In this document: positions 12,601-24,600 of the stretch, in pieces
Position numbering within the stretch: the stretch's first letter is position 1
Layout: every line of letters starts with the position of its first letter
Assembly (NCBI RefSeq): GCF_004010195.1
Contig: NC_057759.1
Span: 7,893,022 to 7,957,021 of the forward strand
DNA from: Chiloscyllium plagiosum
Taxonomy: Eukaryota
Direction of reading: 5' to 3'
DNA length: 64,000 bases
The notes under the pieces: generated by a model
The model's database searches: none
What the model was told of the DNA's origin: nothing
The model's input: only the letters and a program-made list of their open reading frames with translations
Position numbers and translations under genes: made by a program

Positions 12601-15600
12601 TTCATATTCAATTCTTATTTTCTTTCACACTTCTTTGTATTTTATAAACTTCAAATCCTCTGAATTACTGCTATTTCTGGAAACCTTAGAGACCTTTTGT
12701 TTTAACCTTGCACAATCCTGAATTTCCTTTGTTAGCTAGATTGATTGAAGTTTTTGAATTTTTGTCCCACAGCGAGAGATCTCTATGTCCGTGTACATAG
12801 ATCCCTGAAAGTTCCCACCCAGTTTGATAGGGTTGTTAAGAAGGCATATGGTGTGTTAGCTTTCATTAGTAGACATGATTTGGAGATGCCAGTGTTGGAC
12901 TGGGGTGTACAAAGTTAAAAATCACACAACACCAGGTTATAGTCCAACAGGTTTAATTGGAAGCACATTAGCTTTCGGAGCGTTGCTCCTTCATCAGGTG
13001 ATAGTGGAGGGCTCAATCCTAACGCACAGAATTTATAGCAAAGATTTACAGTGTGATGTAACTGAAATTATACATTGAAAAATTGATTGTTAAGTCTTTC
13101 ATCTGTTAGAATACCATGATAGTTTCACTTCTTTCATGTGTAAATCCCAAAACCTTTTTTTAAAAAGTTGCATTCTCGGGTTAGCTGTTAACAATGGTGA
13201 TAGCTAGACAATATGTTGAAGGCGTTAGCCCCCTGTGTTCTCTGTCTATGCCATGATGTTTAGATTGATTCTAATCTAAAAAGTGAGATAACGGAATGCA
13301 GTTTTTGAGCAAAGTACAATGTAACCCTGCAAGTACAAATTCACCCTACAAAATATGTGAGCATGTGGGTCTTTGTCTGTGTGTGTGTGTCTGTCTGTCT
13401 GTCTGTCTGGGTTGGGGGTTGTGAGTATGAGAAAGTGTATGTGTGTGTGTAGCGAGTGTAGAGTGTCTTAAGTCTGTGAGGGAGTGCATGTGTGAGTGTG
13501 GGGGTGTGTGTGGGTGTCTGTGTGCGCGTCTGTGTATATGTGTGTCCGTGTGTATAGGAGTGCCTGTATGTGTGTGCGAGTGTGTATGTAGGAGTATCTG
13601 TGTGCGTGTATAGTGCAATAGTAGTCACCTGTAATGTGACATGAACCCAAGGTTCCGGTTGAGGCCCTCCCTATGGGTACCAAACTTAGCTATCAGCCTC
13701 TGCTTGGCCACTTTTTACTGCTGCCTGTCCCGAAGTCCGCCTTGGAGGATGGTCACCCGAAGATCCGAGGTCGAATGTCCTGGACCACTGAAGTGTTCCC
13801 CAACTGGGAGGGAACACTCCTGTCTGTTGATTGTTGTGCGATGCCCATTCAACCGTTGTCGTAGCCTTTGCTCGGTTTCTCCAATGTACCATACCATCCT
13901 TGCCTGCAACGTTGTCTATCTTATTCCTTATGGTTTGAAGTGTGTCTACTTCAACGTGAGAAGTATACAAAATAAGGTAGTTGAGCTTGCAGCATGGAGA
14001 GGTACCTGGGATTTTGATGCTTTGGCCACTTTGGAGACATGGATAGAGCAGGGTGAGGAATAGATGTTGAAGGTTCCAGGCTTTAGATCTTGCATTAAGA
14101 ACAGGCAAGGCGGTAAAGGAGGGGGAGGTATGGCCTTGTTAGTCAAGGATAGTTTAACGGTGGTTGAAAGAACTTTTGATTAGGACTCGTCTACTGAGAT
14201 TAGAAACAGGAGAGGAGAGGTCACACTGTTTGGAGTTTTTTTTATAGGCCTCCACAGAGTTCCAGGGAAGTGGGGGAGAGGATTGGCAAAATGATTCTGG
14301 GTAAGAGGGAAAGGAAAAGGGTGGTCATTATGGGGGACTTGAACTTCCCCAACCTTGACTGGAAATGCTATAACTCTAGTACGTCAGATGAATCAGTTTT
14401 TGTCCAGTGTGTACAGGAGGGTTTCCTGACACAGTATGTCAAACCACAACCTTCCCTTGTGGTTGGAGGGTTCCTAGGCGGTTGGGTTGGTTGGTTGGTT
14501 CAGCCCCATGGCTGAACACTTTAACTCCCCCTCCCACTCCGCCGAGGACATGCAGGTCCTTGGCCTCCTCCGTCGCCAGACCATGGCAACATGACGCCTG
14601 TAGGAAGAGTGCCTCATCTTCCGCTGAGGAACCCTCCAACCACAAGGGATGAATGCAGATTTCTCCAGCTTTCACATTTCCACTCCCCCCACCTTATCTC
14701 AGTCCCAATCTCAGCACCGCCTTCTTGATCTGCAATCTTCTTCCCGACCTCTCCGCCCCCACCCCCTCTCCGGCCTATCACCCTCACCTTAACCTCCTTC
14801 CACCATCGCATTCCCAACGCCCCTCCCCCAAGTCCCTCCTCCCTCCCTTTTATCTTGGCCTGCTTGGCACCCCTTCCTCATTCCTGAAGAAGGGCTAATG
14901 CCCGAAACGTTGATTCTCCTGTTCCTTTGATGCTGCCTGACCTGCTGCGCTTTTCCAGCAACACATTTTTCAGCTCTGATCTCCAGCATCTGCAGTCCTC
15001 ACTTTCTCCCTGCAAATTTACTAACTAAACCTCTTATACTCGCATCCGAATCATTTATATAAATGACAAAAAGTAGTGGACCCAGTACTGATCCTTGTGA
15101 AACTCCACTGGTCACAGGCCTCCAGTCTGAAAAACAGCCCTCCACCACCACCACCCTCTGTCATCTCTCCCTGTTCTGTATCCGAATGGCTAGTTCTCCC
15201 TGTATTCCATGAGATTTAAGTTTGCTAAACAGTCTCCCATGGGGAATCTCGTCACACGCCTTACTGAAGTCCATATAGATCATGTCCACAGCTCTGCTCT
15301 CATCTGTCGTCTTTGTTACTTCTTCAAAAAAACTCAACCAAGTTTGTGAGACATGATTTTCCATACACAAAGCCATGTTGACTATCCCTAATCAGTCCTT
15401 GCCTTTCCAAATACATGTACATCCTGTCCCACAGGATTCCCTCCAACAACTTCTCTACCACCGACATCAGGCTCACTGGTCTATAGTTCCCTGGCTTGTG
15501 CTTTCCACCTTTCCTAAACAGTGGCTCCACATTACCCAAACTCACCGGCATCTCATCTGTGACTATCAATGATACAAATATCTCAGCAATGGGCCCAGCA

Positions 15601-18600
15601 GTCACTTCCCTAGTTTCCTGCAGGAATCTAAGGTATACCTGATTAGGTCCTGGGGATTTACCCATCTTTTTGTGTTTCAGGACATCCAGCACTTCCTCCT
15701 GTGTATTATGGACATTTTTCAAGATGTCACCATCTATTTCCCTCCATTCCGTCTTCCACGTCCTTCCCCACAGTAAACACTTATGCAAAATACTCGTTTA
15801 GTATCTCCCCCATCTCCTGCGGCTCCACACAAAGGCTGCCCTGCTGATCTTTGAGGGGCTCTATGCTCTCCCTAGTTGCCCTTCTTGTCCTTAGTATATT
15901 TGTAAAAGCCCTTTGGATTCTCACTAATCCTATTTACCAAAGCTATCTCATGTCCCCTTTTTCCCTGATTTCCCTCGTAACACCGTAACAGGAATATACT
16001 GTCTCTAGACTCTCGTTATCTCATTTCTGAAGGCTTCCCATTTTCCAGCCATTCCTTTACCTGCAAACATCTGCCCCCAATCAGCTTTTGAAAGTTCTTG
16101 CCTAATACTGTCAAAATTAGCCTTCCTCCAATTTAGAACTTGAACTTTTACATCTGGTCTATCCTTTTCCATTGCTATTTTTAAACTAATACAGTTTTGT
16201 CATTTGGGCTTTTACTTCTTATCGTTCTGGAAAGACCGTTTTTAAAAAATCTTTGCCATTGGGTTAGGTGTTTATCCATGTCACTCATGTTAGTCGAGGA
16301 GTAAATTGAATCCTGACGGTATTGAAACAAAAACAAAAATTGATGGAAAAGCTCAGCACGTCTGATAGCATCTGTGGAGAGAAATCAGTGTTAACATTTT
16401 GGGTCAGGTGACCTTTCCTCCGAACTGATGGTAGCTAAGAAAATGTAATTTTATATGCAGAAGATAGGGTTGGGGGGGGGGTAAGAAGTAGACAATAAGT
16501 GCAGATAGAGCCCAAAGAGAAAGAAGGACAGTTGGACAGACAAAGGAGTGGATAATGATCTGCCTGTGGGGGTGTTTAGCAACTAATGGGGATTGTTATT
16601 GGCTAACAATGGGTTGTATGTAACTGCAGACTGTGATAAAAGGCCTGATGTATGGGGGTTTTGGTGAGGATGTGGGAGAGTGAAGGCCCTAAGGTTTTTG
16701 AACTCAATTTTGAGTCCAAAAGACTGCAGGATCCCCAAGTGGAAGGTCCTGTTAACAACTGTGTTGGGGAATCATCTGTTGAAGACGAAGGTCGATATTT
16801 CAGAGGTTCCCTTGTCCTGATGATTTTGGTTGGTTAACTTTTGCTCTGAATAAATGACAGGTTAGGGACGTGATTTTTTTTAATCTATAATTTGATCAGC
16901 TTTTCTTTAACTGGAAGGAATAGGTGAATATAATAATTGACTTTTAAATTCAATGACCTTTGCTATGGTTCATGGATTTTAATTTCTTTCTCACTTAGAT
17001 TGAAGCTGGACAGTATTGCACATTTGTCATTTCATCTGATGGATCAGTAAGAGCCTGTGGCAAGGGCAGTTATGGAAGGCTTGGTCTGGGTGATTCAAAT
17101 AACCAGTCCACCTTGAAAAAGTTAACTTTTGAACCACATCGAGCTATCAAAAAAATCTCTTCATCAAAAGGTTCTGATGGGCATACGCTAGCCTTTACTA
17201 CAGAAGGAGAAGTGTTTAGTTGGGGTGATGGTGACTATGGAAAACTTGGACATGGAAACAGTTCCACGCAGAAATATCCCAAACTTATTCAGGGACCATT
17301 ACAAGGAAAAGTAAGTGCTCAATTATTCTAAGAATTTCCAGTAAAGAATTGGATTCAGTATAACTTCTTTCTCTTCAAGAATTTGAGAGAGAATAATTGT
17401 AATAAATAATAACTCATAATTCAAAATGAAATGTGTTCTGTGACAGCTTGAGTTGACATCAATTTCTAAATGTCGTTTTTAAAGGCCGTTGTATGTGTCT
17501 CTGCTGGCTATAGACACAGTGCAGCTGTTACGGAAGATGGCGAATTGTACAGCTGGGGTGAAGGGGACTTTGGGAGGTTAGGTAAGATTTCAATTTTTCA
17601 TTGTATATAACCCAGCTTTGACTAAGAAAAAGATTTGACAAAGCTGTGACAAAGCAGTCTTGAAACTTAGGAATGATGAGTCAGAGTAGGCAATTCGGTC
17701 CTTTGAACCTGCTCGCACATACCAGTGGGAGATCGAGAGTGTGGCGTGCCCGCAAGAGAGCAAGAGTGTGCGCACGAGCCAGCGGGAGAGCGAGAGTTAG
17801 TGTGCGGGTGTTTTTGAGAGAGCAAGGGTGTGTGGGTGCACGTCCGTGCACCTGCGGGAGAGCAAGAGTGAGCACTCGCATGTGTCTGAGTGAGATTGCC
17901 TGGGCGCGCGCCTTCGATTGAGCAAGAGTGCATGTGTGCTTGCCTCTGGGAGAGCGGGAGTGTGCGTGCACCCCTGTTGAAGAGCAAGATTGCGTGGGCA
18001 CACACTTCTGAAAGAGCGAGATTGTGTATGCGCATGCGTCTCCAAGAGAGTGAGAGTGCACGAATGTGCATGCGCGCGCATCTCCAAGACAGTGTGCATG
18101 CACATGAGCTTCCGAGCAAGTGAGAATGTTTGCGCCTGCGCGGGTAGGAGAGTGCCTGTGGGAGAGCGAGAGTGCGTGCACCTGTGCATGCCAGCAGGAG
18201 AGCACGAGGGTGCAGTCGTGCATATGCCTGCGGGAGAGCAACATAGCAAAGGATGTGGGTGTGCACACGAGAGAGCAAGAGGTCGCACGCACACCAGTGG
18301 GATAGCAAGAGTGCGTGCACGCTTGCAGGAGAGTGAGAGTGCGCGCATCTCTGTGCGCTCAGTAGGAGAGTGAGCGAGAGTGCACATGCCTGCAGGAGAA
18401 CAGAAGTGCCTGTGGGAGAGCGAGAGGGTGCGCATGCATCCCAGCAGGAGAGTGAACGAGAGTGAGATGGCACACATCTGCGGCAGAATTGTTGTCAAAA
18501 CAACAACTAACTCAGGTATCCATTTCCCAGCCAATGTTATACTTTCAGTACACTCTGCGATTACTAGCTAGTCATCACAGGTGTTTGTCAGCTCTCAGTT

Positions 18601-21600
18601 CAAAATCGCATTCACTCTCTCTTAAAGGTACAATACACACCTTTAACTTAATGACATAGGCAACAATATAAAATTGCTGAGTGGAGGTGAAGTTCCAAAA
18701 TCATGAGGGCAGTCCCAACTGGGATCTTGGGTTCCTGTCACACTACAGGTAACCCCACCACACTACATACTCCCAGACTCAGATTCTCACATACTCACAC
18801 ATTTACGCAGACCCTCTCTTTCACACAAACATGCACACTCATATATACACATGTGGGCACACACACTCAAATGTTCGCCCACACGCAGACATCTCTCTGC
18901 CTCTCATACCCTCTCTCATATCCGCCTTCTCTTTCTGTCTCTCTCATTCTCTGTCATACCCTCTCTCTCCTCACACTTTTCTTTCACTCACTCACTCACT
19001 CACTCACTCACTCACTCACTCACTCACTCACTCACTCACACTTTCACACACCTAGAAATTATTTCTTTGAAGATTCGTTCCTATCAAAAAAATAAAACCG
19101 GACCTCAGGTAAAAGCATATGTCAATTCGAAGCAGGACCTCACGCCTAAAGTGGTTTGTCTAACCTGAGATATCACCTCTTGTACATTGATAAAACCTTA
19201 AATTATCGAGGGACAAAGACTTGAAAGGAATCTGCATTTTGTGTTTTAACCAGCAGTCTATCTGGTTAAAGCATTCAACGAGGGCAGCTAGTTTTAAAGT
19301 TGTTTACTTTTTGCTGATAAATAGTATGTCTTGTACCTCTCTACCATACTATGCCTGAGGAAGGAGCAGAGGTTGAAAGGTTGCAATTTCAAATAAACCT
19401 GTTGGACTATAATCTGGCGCTGTTTGAGTTTTGACCTTGTCCACCCTAGTCTAACTCCGGCATCTCCACATCTTTCTTAAACAAAGGCGCAACATTATCA
19501 ACTCTGCAGTCGTTCGGCACCTCACCTGTAGCTATAGATGATGCAAACATTTGTGCTAGGAACTCCACAATTTTCTCCCTAACTTCCCACAACGTCCTGG
19601 GATATGCTAGATCTGCTCCTGGAGATTTATCCTTCTTTGTATTTTCTAAGGTCTCTCACACTTCCTCTTCTGTAATGTGAACTTTTTTCAAAACATCAAT
19701 ATTTATTTCCATGAGTTCTCTAGCTGCCATTTGTTTCTTCAAAGTAAAAATATTCATTGAATATCTCTCGCATCACCTCAGATTCAACACAAAGATGTCC
19801 TCTCTGATCTTGCAGGAAGCCTACTCTCTATAGCCCCACTCTGTTTATCTCTCTCTAGTAGCTCCCTTGTTAATAGAACATAGAAAACTACAGCACAGAA
19901 CAGACCCTTTGGCCCACAAAGTTGTGCTGAGGATTATTCTTCATGAAAACTAAAATAACCTAACCTATGCAACCCTCGATTCACTGCTGACCATGTGCAT
20001 GTCTAGCAGTTGCTTAAATGTCCCTAATGAACTTTGAGGGATCTATGTACTTGAACACCAAGATCCCTCTGTTCCTCCACACTGCCAAGAATCCTGTCTT
20101 TAATCCTGTATTCAGCATTTGAGTTTGACCTTCCAAAATGCATTACTTCACATTTATCCAGGTTGAAATCCATCTGCCATTTCTCAGCCCAGCTCTGCAT
20201 CCTGTCTATGTCATGCTGCAGCCTGTAATAGCCCTCAGTACTATCAATGGCACATCCAACCTTTGTGTCATCTGCAAATTTACTAACCCACCCCTCAACC
20301 TCCTCATCCAAGTCATTTATAAAAACGTACAAAGGTTAGAGGCCCAAGAATAGAGCCCTGCGGGTCACCACTTATCACTGACATCCAGAATGCTTTCCAA
20401 CTACAACCACACTTTGCCTTCTGTAAGCCAGCCAATTCTGAATCCAGATAGCGAAATCTCCCTTTATCCCATACCTCCTGAATTTATGAATGACCCTACT
20501 ATGGAGAACTTTACCAACTGCCTTGCTGAAGTCCATATACACCACATCCACTGCCTGACCTTCATCGACTATCTTGTTACCTGCTCAAAGAACTCAGTAA
20601 GATTTGTGAGGCATGACCTGCCCCTTACAAAGCCATGCTGACTGCTTTTAATTACGCCATGCTTTTCCAAATAGTCATAAATCCTATCCTTCAGAATTCT
20701 TTCCAACTCCTTGCTGACCACAGACGTAAGACTGATTGGTCTGTAATTGCCAGGGATTTCCCTATTCCCCTTCTTGAAAAGAGAAACAACATTCGCCTCC
20801 CTCCAATCCTCCGATATGACTCCTGTTAAGAGTGAGGAAGCAAAGATCTTCGCCAGCGGCTCAGCAACCTCCTTTCTCACTTCCCAGAGCAACCTAGGAT
20901 AAATCTGGTCTGGCCCTGGGGACTTATCAATCTTAATGTTTGCATTAATTTTCAGCACATCAACTTCATCGATCTTGATCTGTTCAAGCCTGTTCCCTAG
21001 CTCCTCAAAGTTCTCATTCACAACAAGGTCCCTTCCCTTTCCTTAGGACATTAGTTAGGCCACTATTGGAATATTGCGTGCAATTCTGGTCTACTTCCTA
21101 TTGGAAAGATGTTGCGAAACTGAAAGGGTTCAGAAAAGACTTTCAAAGATGTTGCCAGGGTTGGAGGATTTGAGCTATAGGGAGAGATTGAATAGGCTAG
21201 GACTATTTTACCTGGAGCGTCGGAGGCTGAAGGGTGACCTCATAGAGGTCTATAAACTCATGAGGGGCATGGATAGAATAAATAGACAAAGTCTTTTCCC
21301 TGGGGTGGGGGAGACCAGAACCAGAGGGCATAGGTTTAGGGTGAGAGGGGAAAGCTATAAAAGAGACCTAACGGGCACCTTTTTCACTCAGAGGGTGCTA
21401 TGTGTATAGAATGAGCTGCCAGAGGAAGTGGTGGAGGCTAGTACAATTGCAACATTTAAAAGGCATCTGGATGGGTATATGAATAGAAAGGGCTTGGAGG
21501 GATATGAGCTGGGTCCTGGCAGGTGGGACTAAATTGGGTTGGGATAATCTGGTCGGCATGGACGAGTTGGACCGAAGGGTCTGTTTCCATGCTGTACATT

Positions 21601-24600
21601 TCTATGACTTTATGACTCTAGTGAAAACGGAAGCAAAAAACTCACTTAGGGCTTCCCCTACCTGCTCAGACTCCACGCACAAGTTCCCCACGCTATCCCT
21701 GACTGGCATTACCTTCTCCCTGGTCATTCTCTTATTCCTCATGTATGAGTAAAATGCCTTTGGGTTCTCCCTAATCCTTCTTGCCAAGCCTTTTTCATGC
21801 CTCCTCCTGGCTCTCCTCAGTCCATTTCTGAGCAGCTTTCTAGTAAGCCTATAATCCTCTAAAGCTGTGCTAGATCCTTGCTTCCTCCACCTTACGTAAG
21901 GTGCTTTTTCCGTTTGACGAGAAGCTCCTCTGTTCTCGTCATCCAAGGCTCCTTAACCTGACCCCTTCTTGCCTGTCTCGGAGGAACAAATTAATGCATC
22001 ACTCGCAATAACTGCTCCTTAAACAGTCTCCACGTGTCTATTGTGCCCTTTCTGTGGAACAATTACTCCCAATTTGTACTTCCCAACTCCTGTCTAATAG
22101 CGTCATAATTTCCTTTTTCCCCAATTAAATACCTTCCCTTGGTAACTGCTCCCTTCCCTGTCTAAGCTTATGGTAAATGTGAGGCAGTTGTGGTCATTGT
22201 CACCAAAGTGTTCTCCCTCTATGAGATCTGAAACCTGTCCTGGCTCATTGCTGAGCACCAAATCCAAAATGGCCGGTCCCCTTGTCGGACTGTCTACACA
22301 CTGAGTAAGGAAACCGTCCTGAACACACCTGACAAAAATGGCTCCATCCAAACCATCTGCACTAAGGAGGTTCCAGTCAATATTGAGAAAGTTGAAGTCA
22401 CCCATAACAACCTACATCTGAATTTTTCAAAAATCTGCCAACCATGATTTCCCTACTGCTATTACGGGGCCTGTAGAAAACCCCCAGTGAGGTGGCTGTT
22501 CCCTTGCTGTTCCTAACTTCCACTCATACTGACTCAGTAGAGAACTCTTCCTCAACAACCTTTGTTTCTGTAGCTGTGATGCATTCTCTGATTAGCAATG
22601 CTCTTCTTTTTCCACCCTCCCTGTTCTTTTTAAACATTCTAAACCCTGAAATATCTCGCAACCATTCCTACCCCGTTAAAACGCACATCTCCATTATGGC
22701 CATAACATCATAGTCCCAAATACTGATCCGTACTCTTAAGTTCATCACTCCTATTTCTGACACTCCTTGGATTAAAGCAGACACCCTTTAACAGATCCCT
22801 TTGTTTCATCGCGTGAGAAACCTTCCCAACAGATTCACTACATCCTGTGGCCCCATCTACAACTACCCCCCCTCCGATATGTAGCTCTGGTTCCCTACTC
22901 CTTGCCAAACTAGTTTAAACCCTTCCGAACCACATGAACAAATCTTCCATCCTGGACATTTGTGCCGCTCCAGTTCAGGTGCAACCCGTCCTTCATGTAC
23001 AGATCCCACCTTCCCCAGAAGGCACCCCAATGGTCTAAGTATCTGAAGCCCGCCCTCCATGTGTTAAGCTGCACTCTCTGACTGTTCCTCACCTCACTGC
23101 CTCGTGACACCGGTAGCAAATCTGAGATCACTACTCTACTCATCCTGCTCTTCAGCTTCCAACCTAGCTCTCTGTATTCACTTTTCAGGTCCTCAATCCC
23201 TTTCTTGGCTATATCATTGTTGCCAATATGTACCACGATTTCTGGCTGCTCATCCTCCCACTTCAGAATCCTGTAAACCTGATTGGCAACATCCCGGATT
23301 CTGGCACCGGGGAGGCAACATTCCTTCCGGGAGTCCCGTTCCTGACCACAAAATCTCCTGTCAATCCGTTTAACTATTGAGACCCCTACCACTATCACTT
23401 TTCTATTCTCCCCCTTTCCCTTCTGAGCCTCTAAGCCAGAGCCTTGCAACTATGGCTTTCCCCGGTAGGCCGTCCCCATCAGCAGTATCCAGAACGGCAT
23501 GCTCACTGCTGAGGGGAACGGCCACTGGGGATCTCTGCTTTATCTGTTGGTTCCCTTTCCTCTCCCTGACTGTAACGCAGCTGTCCTTAGCCTGTGTCTG
23601 AGGAGTGACCACCTCCCTCTCAGTTTCTCTTTCAGCCTCCTGGATGATCCGTGGTTCATTCAGCTCCAACTCCAGTTCCCTAACTCTGTTTTCGAAGAGC
23701 TGGAGTTGGGTGCACTTCCCGCAAATGTGATTGGCAGACATGTGTGGTGTCTCTCACCTGTCACATTCTGCAGGAGGAACATTCAACTGCCCTATCAGCC
23801 ATACCCTGCTAATATGAAAGCTCTCAGAGGACTAAACAGGAGAAGAAAAGGAAAAAAAAATTGAGAAAACCTGAAAACTTACCGAGTTTACAGACTCTTA
23901 GTAAAGTTAGAGGAGGTGGGTGGGAGGGAGGCCCTACGGTGTAGGATCTCGGGTTTAGATCTTACCCACATAAAAACTTTCCGGCAGCCCTTGTTTCTCT
24001 CCGTCCTCTCTCCATGCCACTCTGTTCAAAATGGAGGCTTAATATACATGTAGAATGTCTTAGCCTTGGCAAATAAAGTTTAAGGCAATCTCAAATCCTG
24101 TCTTTGCCTTTGTGATCTTCCTCTAAAGTTCATAAACTCTTCATGCTTTTCAAGAGACTTAAATAATCTTTTATTCATTCATGGGACGTGGCTGTTGGTG
24201 GCTTGGATAGTATTTATTGCCCATCCCCAATTGCAGTTAACAGTCAACCACATTGGAATCACATGTCGGCCAGACCAGGTAAAGACATTAGTGAATTAAG
24301 TGGGTTTTTCCTGACCATCCAGAATGGTTTCATGGCATTCATTAAACTCTTAATTCTAGACTTTTGTTATTGAATTCAAATTCCATTATCTGTCATGGTA
24401 TGATTCAAACCCAGGTCCTCAGAAGATTAGCTGGGTCTTTTGATGAATAGTCCAAGTAAGTACAGACAAGTGAGCCTGACATCAGTGGTGGAAAAGTTGC
24501 TGGACAAGGTGCAGAGGGATAGCGTCTATTTATATTTGGAAGAGAATGGGCTTATCAGTGATAGGCAACATGGTTTTGTGCAGGGGAGATCATGCCTAAC

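Noticed and set aside
13341..13683. His/Thr-rich ORFs
   Set aside because: CA/TG low-complexity UTR of the PLE.
17667..18534. Overlapping 200-268 aa ORFs on the minus strand
   Set aside because: All frames are open because of the minisatellite; no domain-like sequence.
19876..24038. Possibly active LINE or domesticated esterase gene
   Set aside because: Multiple frameshifts, stops, internal deletions and a nested insertion.
277..24040. Shared 11-mer AATGGAGGCTT at about 276 and at the CR1 5' end (24030)
   Set aside because: Too short with no extended similarity; cannot be separated from chance.
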